From NCBI GenBank assembly GCA_001949185.1, contig BDGG01000005.1, forward strand, positions 1,911,249-1,975,248: a stretch of DNA of 64,000 nt. Direction: 5' to 3'. This DNA comes from Ramazzottius varieornatus. Lineage: Eukaryota; Animalia; Tardigrada. Position numbers and translations under genes: made by a program. The notes under the pieces are model-generated. The model was not told the origin of the DNA. It ran no database searches and worked only from the letters and a program-made list of their open reading frames with translations. Shown piece by piece: positions 11,901 to 25,306 of the stretch (positions are counted from its first letter, which is position 1; each line of letters opens with the position of its first letter).

Positions 11901-12484
11901 ATGGACAGCGAAAGATGGATAGAGAAGAAGACTGGGTCTTACTGGATGTCACGTATGGAATTCCTGTCTTCTCGGAAGCGCTTGGTGATGAAGTGTCGAA
12001 GAGAATCGTCGAACGGGAAATCTTCGCTCCGGAAAAGTACGTACGCAAAACAAGATGAAGCTCGGCAGGTCCGTTTCTACAAGTGGCGCACGTTACGAGC
12101 TAGTAACATAGCAAATGCGCGTCACGTCGGAAATAGTCTTGTCGAGTTCTTTTGCCGAGCTCCCATTCAAGGCTAATCAAAATGACGAATGGATTTATCG
12201 GGGAATCTTGTTGTCTCTTGATAGTTTGGAGAAATTGGAGAACGAAAACAGGAAGACGGGCTTGGCTGTTCTTGAATTCATCATGCAACATCAAGTATAA
12301 TGTGGAACTCCGGCAGAACGATAGATGTCTCGTGGTTTGGCCTAAGGATTGTTGTTATTTTCAGGACCAACAGCTTCAGATTTCGTCCACTTCAGGCGCG
12401 CCATTCCTAGAGAAGAACGGTAAAGAATACATAGCTTTACCTACACGTACTCTCAAAGTAGAAGCTCTTGGTCACGTGAGATGA
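8935..12484 (+). CDS. FAM91A1: FAM91A1-family protein (multi-exon)
   Basis: [105 protein letters not shown] are characteristic FAM91 blocks. Confidence 0.93.
10059..10111. repeat. Palindrome family B copy (degenerate), FAM91A1 intron
   Basis: TACCAGCGTACA-N29-TGTATGTAGGTG. Confidence 0.55.
10701..10752. repeat. Palindrome family B copy, FAM91A1 intron
   Basis: CATCTGCATACT-N28-TGTATGCAGGCG. Confidence 0.75.
12060..12164. repeat. Palindrome family A copy (core 12080-12128), FAM91A1 intron
   Basis: CAAGTGGCGCAC-N25-GCGCGTCACGTC plus outer arm ..TGCCGAGCTCCC. Confidence 0.75.
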
Positions 12485-12874
12485 AAACGATTTCATTTCT
12501 TACCGGCAGCTATTGTTTCTAGTCTTTTTTCTGTCCACAAATGGCAGCTAAAGAGGCTATTATCGTTTTATCCTGTGCATTTGAGTGCCTTCTAGGCATC
12601 TAACAGCCCGGTGATGGCTAATGGTGATGGGATGTCTATATTTCTGGATTAATTACTGGGTATAATGTCGCAGTGACGTCATCGCGATAAACGATATAAT
12701 CACGATACTCTATTTGTGGCAATATCGGCGGCAGGAAATGCTCACGTTATCCGGCCATCAACAAATCCGCGCATTCAAGTCTACTGGCAGGTACTGACAG
12801 TACGCAGCGGGAAACTGATTGATGGGTTGAGTCAGGTTGGAGGCCGTCACACGAAACATGCAAGACGGTTTTCA

Positions 12875-12923
12875 CAAGTGGCGCACGCTATCATTGTTAT
12901 TGGCTGAAAGCGTGCGTCACTTG
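12875..12923. repeat. Palindrome family A core, between FAM91A1 and kinase
   Basis: CAAGTGGCGCAC-N25-GTGCGTCACTTG. Confidence 0.8.
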
Positions 12924-13637
12924 ATATCATGATCTTGTACGTTTTGTTGGTCGGCCCTGCCATGCGTCTACACGTTTTCTTTCTGCGTCGTTGAACAAAC
13001 CTTCTGTTTGGACCAGCTCCTCAAGAACTGAATTCAAGAACTTGGGAATCCCACAGGGCTGCGGCACTTTCGACAGGACGTCACTAACGATCACCAGAAT
13101 GGTTCTAGATAAACTGACGCCACGCTTTAGCGCTTCTCTTTCTTGGCTGTAATGTCTTTCAGGAATCGATCAACGTAAACTGGGGGCTTTAGTTTTGTAA
13201 TTGGCCGCGATTTTTCATCTCGGTACCACTGCTCGATGACGTGCTGACGTAGATGCTTGTCCGAACGTCAGAGTCGCCTGCTAACTCTCGGTAATACCGG
13301 AAGGGAGTCGATTGGCCTTCTAAAGCACACTATTTTCTTTGGCCATGTGCAGAAGCCATCTACTAGTTGCAGACAGGAAGAAAAGAGTATGCAGATGCAG
13401 GGACCCGGAAGTCGACATACGCACTTGCGTACTTCGGAGGTGACTTTCCGCGTGTAGGAAAAGACTCTTTGATTTCTGTACAACAAGAGGCTGCTGGAAA
13501 AACTCCAGCTACCGGATAAGATTCTCCGTACAAAGTTACGTCATACACAGTATGAAACTATAGCAAGCAGTGAGTAGATATTAGGCTTCTTATGGAAGAG
13601 AAAAAGACGCTGATGATCGATGAACATGGTGTTGATT

Positions 13638-15396
13638 TTACATCTGGAATGAACTGAAGGACTTTGATCTTGAAGTGCCGATTACGTCGAGCAAGTCGGG
13701 CTGTGAGGTACTATGATGGCTGTGCAGAAAGGTTTTACATTTCAGAGAGGTGAGAATGTGGGCGAATGTAGGTCGATCTTCAGGTAAGTACTGCCAGCAG
13801 TGCAGAATGATCTTCTGAATGGAAGGCGGAATGTCGGAGCGGTCGATGAGCCTAGCGAACTCTTCAGATTGAAGTAAGCTTTGCAGCTCTTGGGATGACA
13901 GTCCGCGAAAGGGCTTTTGTTCGGTGAATAGCTCGTAGAGAATGCTGCCGAAAGCAAAGCTGTCAGTTGCCTCGCTGCACTGGGCTTTCAGCTGCTGCAT
14001 ACCCAATGCGCTGACGTCAGAGGCCGTGCAAAGTAATTCAGGCGCGAGGAAGGATGATAGGTGATTACGGGAGGAATTTCCTCTGGAGAACCTGGGAGAG
14101 AAAAACGTCATGATTAGCAAGACTGCAGGTGACTGATTTCTAAACAGGCTCGAAAAATCTCTGTGAAGTTCTAGTTTCTATTTCTGATCCGGACAAAAAT
14201 AATCCTGGGAAAATCCGACAGAATTGAAAGGAGTAAAAAGTAGGCTTATTTGATCCTCGGAACCCCAAGTGGATTCCTTCAAACCTTTTCTTTTAGTGGC
14301 GGGCTCTATCAGCCAGCAACAATAGAAATATGCGCCACTTATTAATATTATTTTATGCTGTCCTCCCAAATTGTAGTCGAACTTACTAAACTTGTTTGGT
14401 AAGAAATGGAGTGAGGAAGAGCTTACATGTCAGCTGGACCAACGCCGAAGTCCAGTAGGCTCAGTTTAATCTTCTCCGATTCTAAGAAGACATTGCCGGT
14501 ATGAAGCGAGGTGCCGACTTGGATATCCTTGGCGTGCAGGTAGCTGACAACCTGTGCCAACTGGTGTGCCGTGCTCCACTTCAAGTTATGCGGAAGTTTG
14601 TTTAAGCGTCTTGGGCTGTTGAGAAGCTGATGCAGCGACTGCTGATGCTTCGGCGGCTGCATGACGATGGCCAGCTCTTCCTCATTGTCCACTGTGGCAC
14701 CCAAGAAGAGCAGAATATTCTCATGGCGAATCTTGGACATGTTTTCCACATCGGCAAGAAAATCCTCCACCGAGTTCTCCGCATTGTGTTTGTAGATCAG
14801 AACGTTCCCATGCCACCGCCCTCTGTAGAATATTCACGGTAAAATAATTGCGGCAAACAGATTAGGAAAACAAAATTAAAATATGCATACATGTAAATGT
14901 CACCGGTAGAATTTCCCTGTAAGCGCGCACCAATCTCCAAATCTCTGTAATCAATTGCCCAGTCTTTGGTCTCCCCTTCCTCATGACTAAATTCGCCGGC
15001 CAGCCGTTCGAAAAGGGCGTCGCGTGGGAAGAAGGCTTCGGTCGAAGAGGAGCAGGACGGTTCGGAGGGGAATTTGACATAGTCTGGTGTGGGTGGATAG
15101 GAGGCGAAGGCTCGGGGACTCGAAGGACTGGGAAGCGGAAGGGCGTTGAAGTAGCTGGACTGACCAACGGTGGAAATGACCAACGTTGGTGTAACGTTGA
15201 CCGGGTTAGTAGGTAAAGGACTCGACGACAAGGGTTCGACAGGTTCGTCCATACAGCAAGTGATGCTGATGGAAGGCTTGATGGCCTCTGACTTCCGAAT
15301 CCAGCGACTCATACGGGCCAGTAACTTGCACAGACGGACAACGGACTTCGTCGGTTGTTTCTTGTTGGCCGGGGTAGTGGCCGAACAGGTTTCCAT
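13638..15396 (-). CDS. KSR/Raf-related tyrosine-kinase-like pseudokinase
   Basis: DWAIDYRDLEIG, RGRWHG, FLADVENMSKIRHENILLFLGA, YLHAKDI, DFG, APE, DSFAFGSILYELF resemble the KSR kinase domain; VAIK and HRD catalytic residues are not evident. Confidence 0.75.
14293..14341. repeat. Palindrome family A core, kinase intron
   Basis: TTAGTGGCGGGC-N25-ATGCGCCACTTA. Confidence 0.65.
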
Positions 15397-18136
15397 GTTG
15401 GCTTTGATACAGCTAGTGATCTGTAAAACAATCCAATGTCATTTTCCAACAGGTGAGTGGTAAAGCTTTGCTAACTGAGCGCCTTTACGAAGGACATAAA
15501 TTTAAATGTCAGGTGATGCTTGAACGACTTTATATCAACGCTCGAGTGGGGGAATAGAGACATGCGGTCAAATGCCCTCGATACGTAGGAGCCAACATCA
15601 GCTGCATACACACATTGAACATCCATGCATGATACTGAGTGCAAACTGGGCCATAGCGAATAAGTCGGCCACCCAATGCCACAAGCTTTCGCGATGACTT
15701 TGCAGAAGAACATTACCATGGGTAACCGGCTTATTGGTCTTGGCCGAATAGCCCTCCTCGTTGTCAGTCTGTCAGCACGACGATGTGATTGGCGTACGTA
15801 ACTGCAAGAACCTTGTTGTCGATAAGGTCGGTATGCTTACGTAAGAACTGTATAACATCCGCTACTGTGCAGTATCTTTTGGAGCAACAAGAAGGAATTT
15901 GTGTAATTTAGACTGAATAGGCATGTTTAAAGGTCGGATAAGCTTGTTGTGATGAGGGCACTTTGAACATGACCAAATGTGTACTTCGCCGGAAGAAAGC
16001 CAAAGGTATGCGCCGTATGAGCAGCAGTCAGGTCCTGTAATTGTTACGAGGTTGTGTCGTCTAGGAGTCTTGTGATACTTGCCAGATAAGCTGCTTTATC
16101 CGCAGGTATCACAATGCCAAACGGCGACCTAGTCTAGTTTCCCAAGAGCTGAAAAATGCTAATTGGTGCACGTGGTTCGCCGCCAATTATCACGTTTTTA
16201 TCATGTGTAAACTGTAACAGTCTAGGTCTTTGTATACTAACAAACAAACAGACGTCCTAAATTACAAAGTATTACGCTATATGGGACATCGGCTTGTGAC
16301 TTTAGTCTGATCGTTTTCCCAAGTGGCGCACACAACTGCTGAGGTCCCCCAAATATTCGACGGGACTATTTTCCGGAAAATACAAATTCTGTCTTACCAC
16401 TTCCATGATGCCGAATATTTCCGACCAGGAGGAAGTTGAAGGTTCGGTGATATTCTGCAGCAGACAACACACTGAAAATATCAATAATTCGATCAATTAT
16501 CCGAATGGACAAAAGTACCAGATGCGAACTAGTCACACTTCAATCGGGAAGAAAATATAGCGAATCGTTGGAAATGTCGACTGACACTCGAAGAAACATT
16601 CTGCGAAGTGACCAGCAGCTGTTCTTATATAGAGCTGCTGGACGTTGCTGATTTCCGGCTGCCGCGCGTGTCCGCGTTATGGATGCCATATTTTCACGGG
16701 TGATAAGTGACCCGTGGTCAGTTCTAACAAGTGGAAGCAGCCAAGCCGACGACAGCTGCATCTGTCCCCTTTTTGCTCGTTCTCTCTGATCAGACCAAAT
16801 GGCTGTATTTGCCCAATCAAAAGGGGGATAAAGAGCATACTTCATTCTCTTCGGATCGTCGATGGATCATTGCGGCGTGTGTCGCACTTCTCTATGGACG
16901 CATAATTATATGGAAAGCAACAGTTGGCGTGTGCCGACCATACGTACCATTCTCTCTTTATCCCTCTCTACTTCATTGTTTGCACTCTGACCACCGGTCG
17001 TTCATCCAAGCGGTCAAGCTGTTAGCACTAGACGGCGAAATTGTCAAGCGTGATGTTGACTGTACGGAGATGATTAAGGTGTTAAAGACGCAGGGACGAA
17101 TGACCAATCTTGAAACGCATAAGTCTGCTGGCTCACAACATCTGCTGATTGCTGTTGTCCTGCCGAGATGCAGACAGATCTGCGTCGCTTTCGTCAGCAT
17201 TGGCATTCGCCTCCTGCCTAGGCCAAACAACGAAGAATTTGTACCGGTCGTTCGAACAAACTGTGTGGCGTATTATACAAAAACATCACACTGTCAGTCC
17301 AGCCACTGCAGAAAAGCTCCAGCGTTTTCTGCCGTTTTGTTCGACCCAAAAATTAAGTACTCGTCACATTCACAGAATCTGATGTCGAAACTTCCAAAGA
17401 AGATGATCCGATACCTAGTTGGCAATCTTCTACACTACTGTATGGTGTTAAAGTTTCAACAAGTTTAATTTCGAGTTTAGTTCGCGTGGGTGAAACTGCA
17501 TGGGTATGGAGCACCCGCACTGAGAAAAGCCCCTGTGTGCAGGACTCACAGTGGTAAACTTGTCCTCAGATTCTGGACCAAGAACAATCTGGGGCCTTCT
17601 GGTAATCAGACAGGTGTTGCTATCAACCTCTTAATAACCCTGACGGATGAGCATCTGAAGGAACACAAGCTACCCGCTGTTCAGCGTCGTCCATCCACGC
17701 GCATATTGTAGCCTAAAAGACGCTTGTCATTGACCAAGCGCGCGGCGCAATACACTTCGCTCAATTCCACATCTGTTCACAGAAATAACAGTAAGGCAAG
17801 GCACAGACGGCACAAAGCAAAGGCAAGTAATCTACAGCCAATTTCGTCCACCTGTTCACCCCCAAAGATACCTCTGCTAATTTCCAAGTAGCCAGCTGTC
17901 CTTTCGCGTCTATCTCGACTCGTGCACAACCAACAATACTTGTCCGGAAAAACGTATTCCGTCTAGAACTCTTTTTGAATAGAAAGCCTTATTATAGCTG
18001 CCGCCTGAACATCGTTCCAAACTGGACAAAACTAAGCTGAAGGAACAAAAGCAAACCCGGTAAGCAACTGAAAATAAATTCAAAGCGAAAACTTCTGGAA
18101 AAAGAAACCTGAAGCTGATTCAAAGACAGAAAAATA

Positions 18137-21100
18137 TTAACTACTGACTTCCTCAACGACCATACTGCTATCGGCGCTGCGAGTTCTCTCAATCCACTGG
18201 TTCAGGTCGTCCATGTCCGGTCCATGGACGTCTCCGCTCTTCAGCAGTTCCAGCACTTGACCTAGTGTCAAATCCTTCTGCAAGAGCGAGCCTTCGTCCC
18301 CGATGCTCTCCATCAGCTCGTAGATGCGTTCTTCCACCGTTCCACTCACGATGAACTTGTGCACGAATGTCTCCCTGAAAACAAGGACAAAATACATTAA
18401 AAGACTTTCTTGTGGATAAAATTTATAACAGCCTCACCGACAGGTCGGCAAACAAACTGGCCAGCAAGTTTTCCAAGTGGCGCACATTTCTAGTGTAATT
18501 GACTGAATGCCTGCGCCGCTTGGAAAAACGATCTTGTCGAGTTTGTTTGCCGAGCTCCCAATCGTGCCAGTACTAACTTGGTTTGGCCCATTCGATGGAT
18601 ACGTCCAATGGCTTGTTGCTCGATACCCTTGTTGAATAAAGGCTCCAGGAAAAATACGTGCGTAGCTTCGATAATGGTCAAGCCTTTACCACCCAAGGCG
18701 ATAGGCATCAGCATCGTGCGAACACTGCCAGAACGCAATGCTGCTATGCTAGCCTGTAAAAAAACGGAATACAGGATAATGAAAACTGTACTGTCAATAA
18801 AGTGTCGGTTCACAAGAGGGAGACTTACCGGGATGTGTCCTTTGGACTTGACGAGGCGGGACTGGATGCCGTTCCTCAGCAAGGTTTGGTGGTAGTCATC
18901 CAGGACATCGGGATAGTCTGAGAAGATGAGAATCTTGACGTCAGGCTCCTTCTCGATCAGCTCAAAGACCTTCTTGACGACGGCTTCTACTTTGGAGGGA
19001 GCGCCACGCTGAAAGCAAAAGCAACGTTGAAGTCAACGCAAACGGTATGACCATGCAAAGAAGAAGACTTACCAAGTTCGCAGTGTTGAAGCGCCGCTGA
19101 GTGGTGACCATCGATGTGAAGACGTCACTGATGCCGCTAGCCCGAACAATCTCCCGCACCGAAGTGGACGCTCGGCAGACGGGGCATTGCATCGACTGAT
19201 GGTGTTGGATCTCTACCCGCGCCATTTCGGTCATCTTCTTCCTACGAAAGGATAAAACACAGGAAGAAAACTTGACAGATCTTGCTGAGTACGAAGACTT
19301 ACAGACATCCTTCGCACATGACGTGCGCACAAGGAAAGAGCGCCCATTCTTCCCCGACAGGATCGAAGCAGACGCAACACTCCCTCGTCTTAACTTCGTT
19401 GGCCTGAGTATATCCCTGCAGTACGAAAAGAGACACGGTAAACCACACGCCATATCAACTGAAGGACCCCAAGAAAACATGCAACACGTTTCATGCACCT
19501 GCATACACCAACAGTCCACACAATGCTGTGGGCATGTATGCAGGTACACGAAGCACAGATTCTCTGATTGGGCAGCTGGACTTACCTCGTGCATGTTGCG
19601 GATGTACTTAAAGTGAGTAGCATCCCGAGCGAGCTCCGCGATGTTGCTTTTTAGCGACTGCTTGCCGCTGAAGATTCTCATTGTCAAGTTCTCTCCCAGC
19701 GGTATAGTTCCCGCCAGCAGAATGCCCAGCTTCTTCTTCTCAGGTCCCGCTTTCAGCGCCTTCCTGATTTCCATTTCTTCCTCAGTCTGAAACCTTACAC
19801 GCATCAGTGCCTGCTTGACTTCGTCTATGCTGGACGTGTAGTCGTAGACCGCAGCCCACAGTTCCTTCCACAGCTTGTACTCCTTCTTGAGGCTGGCCAG
19901 GACAGCGAAGAAGCTGTCTAGGTCCTTCTCGACAGTCCGGAAGGCATCCGTGCTGCTGTTGTGCTTGACGAACTGCACCACTGCCTTGCAGGCCATCTCG
20001 AAGTCACCATCGTGATAGGTCGTCAAGCGAGACCCGTCTTCCTCCTCTTTGTCAAAACGACGTCGCTTGCGGTATGCGACGGAAGCGATCACCTCATCAT
20101 CTTCGTCAGCCAACTGCTCCGTCCGGAAGATCAGGTCTTCGTAAGCCAGGAATTTCTTCTCCGCTTTACAAAGCAGACACCTAAGAAAGATAGAAACGAA
20201 TAGTTAGAAACAGTTCCGTATTTTCTAACGTGAAAAAGCTGATGTGCAGACCGACTAACGAAACGTACAAGATCGTTGTATGAACTGACGCACGTTTCCA
20301 GTCAACAATAATCAAAACGTGCGCCACTTAAAAATATCGATCTCGTACATTTTGTTTATCTGCTTCCATGTCATACTTCTCTTTGACTGTTCCAACGTTT
20401 CGAAGATGACAGGCCGCACAATCGAGGGGAAACTGTTCCACTTCCGGTGCGCTGCTTTGGATGAGGTCCTTCATAGCTTTGTCGAGATCATTTCGCACAG
20501 TTATAATTATCTCATCCCATCGAGACTGGAGAACGAACTTCAGTCCGTTAATCGAATCATAGGTTCTGTGAATTATAACACCATCCCCTTACTACCGGTG
20601 CACTGTATGGAGTAGCGAGTGCAGAAACTTACGCAGGCATAGCGCGACTACGAATGTACGAGTTGGTATCATTTCGCGATCGGATGCTCGTACTGGCGAT
20701 GTTGGCCATCTTCACATGGGTCAGAAATGCAGTTTCGTTGTCTTCCTTCACCATCCGCAGCGCCAGATATACTGGCTTGATTCGCTAGAAGAATCAAAGA
20801 GTTTACGTATCGAAAAAACTCCGTGTCGTGGGACAAGACTCAAAAATCATACACCTGCATAAATGGTTTCTATGCAGAAGTTACGAGCTCCTGTATGCAG
20901 GTGCCTGACCAAAACGCTCGTTTTTTTACCCAGACCTTTCGTGACGGTCCAGAACCCGAAGCAACCGTACACGAACTTACCCGAGTAAGGTCTTCCTGGG
21001 TATGAGGAATGTCCCACGTTGTTCGCAGCCTCTCGATGGATCCAAGTCGGTCTGCGCCTTTGCGTGCCATGAACTCGACCCTCAGTGCTTCGGCCTTAGG

Positions 21101-24100
21101 CGAGAAGTTAAGTTAGCAGCAGCAGCTGGCAATGAATGCACGAGATTAAAATACCGACCTGTGCTAAAAGCTGGTCATCTTCCAGAGAGCGTCCTGCAAT
21201 AGCGTCTCCATGAGCAGCCAACAGGTGGCCGAGGTTGGTCAGGATGTGCAGCTTCTGAAGCAGATCCACTGGGACCAGTTGCTCGTTCTCGTGCCACAGT
21301 CGCTTAGCGGCTCGATACTGGTCGGCGGCTTCGTCGTATTTTTCCTCCAACCAGTAATAAGCAGCGAGAGCTAAAAACCAGACAGCATTACATTAGAAAA
21401 GTTCGATAAGAAACGGATAATACGGGAAGTCACGAAACAAGGAAAATGTCCGCTTGCCATCAGCTTGCATACTCCAAGCCGGACTCGCAACGCAGGGCGA
21501 AAGTATGCAGGGTGACGGATGACTTCACAAAGTCCATTTCAATACAGTTTCAAACTTGAATAATGTAGCAATGTTTTTCGATCCTAGTCATGTATTTTGA
21601 GAGGTTTTACTCACCGTTATGGTCCATGATGCTCGCACGGACACTGCCGATCAATGCCAGCCTTGCTTTCTCCAACAGCGTCTTCAAGACCTTCGTCAAC
21701 GAGTCCGCCTTATCGTCCACCTCACCCACCTTCGTCCTCTTCGTCACCCGGAAGAAGTACGACACTCTCGTTGGGGACGCACACAGCTTGGCCAGTCTAG
21801 CCATCCAGTCCTTGACGGTCCTCACCACACTGCCATCCAGACTGGTGAACTGCGTATCGAACGAGCTACTCCCCAACGTCTTGTTATTCTTCAGATTGGC
21901 CATGATCATCTTGATACAATCCCTGTACACCTGCCCATACATCTGCTGTTCAATGCCCGACAGCATGACACTGTGAAGGACGGTTGTACACTTCGGAAGA
22001 TCCATCTCCGCCTCCACATCACGCTTCTCTAACCGCCACATGCATTCGGAAAGAAGGTTTTGCAAAGGCGTGAAGATCTTGGCTTGGAAGGGACCAGCTA
22101 TGTACTCTTCGAACCACCGAGCGGAACTCCACGGCTCCATCTCGATGAAGCGGAGCAGAGACTGAGTGTCCCACACCGTCCGAGTAACTGGAGTACCGGT
22201 AACTGCCCAGTAAAAGTCCGCGTTGATCTTCATGGCCATCACAGCGAAGTTCGTCGTCTGGCTCTCGACCATCTGGGCTTCGTCCAGGATGAAACGCCAA
22301 AACTTCAGGGAGAGAAGCGGACTGGAGTAGTGTTGCTTCACACTTCGCGTCCTCAACCTGCAAGTTCATCTCATAACATTTAAATTTCGCTATTATGCAT
22401 TTGTTGAAAACCTGCACACACTTAGTCCTACTTAAAACTGCAGAAAGAAAGTACGCAGGATCGTGATATACATAAAACCGTGAATTTCGGAATTCCACGT
22501 AAGCTCTTGAAGCTTAAGTTTGGCTTTAGGTTTACCACTTCAGAGGTTTCCTTATTCCGAAGTGTTGTTTTCTTATTTGTTCGTCGTAAGTTTTAGAACT
22601 TACGAGGCTTTTCGCTGTTCCGCATTGACATACAGCAACTCTTTCGACAAGATTTCGTAGCTTGCGAGAACGATATCATACTCGGCCAGTTCCCACGGCG
22701 AGACAGATCCGAAACCGTTCTTTGTACGAATACCCGTGTACTCGTAAACGCTGAGGTGTTTCGCCGACTTTGTAATCTCAGTTTTCCACTGCGCAACGAT
22801 GGCGCCGGGAGCGACTACTAGCGTCGTCTTACACTCGATCCGCTAAGCCACGAAAGAATCGTAAGCAAACTCTTCAATGAGGAACAAAGATACCTTAAAT
22901 TAGAGGAATTTCTTATACATACGTTTTCCTGCTGACATGAGCTGCACAGGTAGACTTGGCCTTCGGGAATATGTTCGGCGCCCACACACACAGCATGAAC
23001 CTTCGCGCCACACTGGGCGCAAAAGATCTTCTTCAGAGTCTTCTTTCTGACTGCGGATTCAGGATCGGAACTAGGACAGTAGCACTGAAGCTGCGCCGAC
23101 TGGTCTGGATGCAATGACGCCGAAAAGAAATCATCTGAAACAGAAAATACATCCGTTTCTGATGATTGTTGTCTATTTGGGAGCTCGACGAACGAACTGA
23201 TTTCCAAACTGCCGCACGCTTCCAGCATCACTGACTGAGAAAACGCGCCACTCGAAAACTACGATGTTGTCGAGCTGTCGCTCGGTTGACAAGCCTATTT
23301 ATTGTTTTCTATATGGTTTAGAAAATCAACCTCTCGATCTACACCGACACCAACCTGGGAGATGAGGGTCCAAATATTCTTTGGAGTTGACCGAAATCAA
23401 AGACAGAACTTCGAGAGTTTTCCCCAAACCCATTTCGTCGGCTAGGATTCCACCCCGTGGAGTTTTCGCGAATGGCATCGTCCGACAAATGCTGTCAACA
23501 CACAAAAAGGTAAATTTGATAGACCGCACGCTTGCAACAAACTATAAGGAAAACAAAGTTTACCGCCCGGAAGAGTAATGCATATAGAACTGGTTGCCGT
23601 CAGTGGTCTGCACAGGGAAGTACAGCGGGTGGGGACGGGACACATTCTCCAGCACGGCTTGCTCCTTTTCGATCATCCATGACACAGCCCGTTTCTGGTA
23701 TCCGTGCATCTTCAACTTGAGGTTCTTGTGCTGAGGGTTGTGCTTCTCGGAGATACGCTGGTCAGCGTGGGTCGTCTTGACAAAGTCAAAGAGCTGGTTC
23801 AACGTATCCAGACCAACGTTCTGCCCGATCGCGTTGCCAGCACTGGCCACACGGACCGGCTCGTACTTCTTTTCCACGATGAGATTCTCCAGAAAGGCAT
23901 TTTCTAAAACAAAAGCGGATTATATTCCGTTGACAAGTCGAGAAAACAAAAAACCCTCCATTACACGCTAAATTACCGACTAGCCACCCACCTGCATACA
24001 AAAGACAATGTAATAACACTACTGCGCCGGTATGCAGGTGAATGCGGAAAAAGTTCCGTGCTTTTCGTCCATTGTTCTGAGTTCTTTTCCTCTCAACTCA

Positions 24101-25306
24101 TTCATTTTTTCCATTTTCAAGCTAAAAAGTTCAGAGTAGAACACTGAGGTTACCTGATAGGGAGCTTTTTGCCATCGAGTCGAGTAGAAACTTGAACCTC
24201 TTCCCAGTCTTCAAGGTATGCATGTTCGGCACATCGTCTTCCTGCCCGAATGCCGCCATAAACTCCTCCGTGACGTATGCCTCCACTCGGATCTGTCCCG
24301 TCTCCTCAAACTTCTCATCCAGCGTCGCCAGAAAAACCATCTGCTGTCCTGGCTCCGTCATTACGTCGTATCGTCTGGGCAGAACGCCGCCGTGCATCGC
24401 CTTCCCGCAATACTGCCACTGATACGTTTGCTTGTCCCACGTAGGAACTGGCGCCAGCGAGATCTTGTACCCCGAGTCGTCTTTCGACTGAGGTATGGAT
24501 GGCATGGCAAAGTACCGAAGAGCATCCACATGACGGACAGGAGTGTCATGGGGAAAGACGGAAGAGTACTTCTGTAGAGTCGGTGAGATGGACCACAGCG
24601 ACCAACCCCCTGGCCGACCTGGAGGAGGCATTTCAGGGAAGAACATACTACCTTCTATGGCCAATGGAAGCCCACAAGCTTTGGCTACTTCGTAGGGAAG
24701 GTGAAAGAGCACGCCTGAATCTTCAAGTGACTGCAGTTCGAAACTTGTCGATGGTTGATCGGAGGCGCTTTCTGGGTTCTTCCAAACTATTCGACAGTGG
24801 GACATCTTGCGAAGTTCCTCCATGCATTGTTGGACTGACCTGTCTTTCGCTCCATCTTTCAGCTGCTGGAGATCGAGCTGGATGTTGAAGGTGTACACTT
24901 TGGCTTTCCATGTGTCATCTTTGAGGCCGGCCGTCTCTTTGTCGAAAGCGAGGTAACCTAAATCACAGTAGATGCCTTCCGGTTTGTAAAGGTTTGCAGG
25001 AAAGATAGGAACGTATTCGGTGGAGACGGGAGTGGGAGACGGAGTGGGAGACGAAGTGGAAGACTTGGCTTTCTTTTCCAGACGGACTTTCTTGGGAGAG
25101 ACGGAACGTTTTCTCCGCTGAGCTGCCTTTGCTTTGACTTCCGGCGTTGGCGCTACTAAGGATACATCGCTTCGAGGAGATGTTCTTTCTGCGGAGCAGT
25201 CAGCTGCAGCGGTAGGAGAACTGGACGTCGCACTTGATGTTGCAGCTCCGTCGGACGCAGGAGCAGTCATAGGACGCTTCTTGGGTGCCGCTTTGCGCTT
25301 CGGCAT
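18137..25306 (-). CDS. SHPRH: E3 ubiquitin ligase / SNF2 helicase SHPRH (multi-exon)
   Basis: GYQKRAVSWM, GGILADEMGLGKT, PHD finger (CYC..CAQC..VHAVC..CSSC), FWRFILDEAQMVE, WAVTGTP, RING (CCVC..FPCAHVMCEGC..CPVC), EQQAIGRIHRMGQ. Confidence 0.92.
18441..18560. repeat. Palindrome family A copy (core 18474-18522), SHPRH intron
   Basis: TCGGCAAACAAAC..CAAGTGGCGCAC-N25-CTGCGCCGCTTG..GTTTGTTTGCCGAGCTCCC. Confidence 0.85.
19496..19546. repeat. Palindrome family B copy, SHPRH intron
   Basis: CACCTGCATACA-N27-TGTATGCAGGTA. Confidence 0.85.
20282..20330. repeat. Palindrome family A core, SHPRH intron
   Basis: GAACTGACGCAC-N25-GTGCGCCACTTA. Confidence 0.7.
20852..20903. repeat. Palindrome family B copy, SHPRH intron
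   Basis: CACCTGCATAAA-N28-TGTATGCAGGTG. Confidence 0.85.
23179..23286. repeat. Palindrome family A copy (core 23206-23254), SHPRH intron
   Basis: GGGAGCTCG..AAACTGCCGCAC-N25-ACGCGCCACTCG..TTGTCGAG. Confidence 0.7.
23989..24040. repeat. Palindrome family B copy, SHPRH intron
   Basis: CACCTGCATACA-N28-GGTATGCAGGTG. Confidence 0.85.

Noticed and set aside
25018-25063. 12-bp GGAGTGGGAGAC repeats
   Set aside because: Explained by the Ser/Pro/Thr low-complexity coding sequence of SHPRH.
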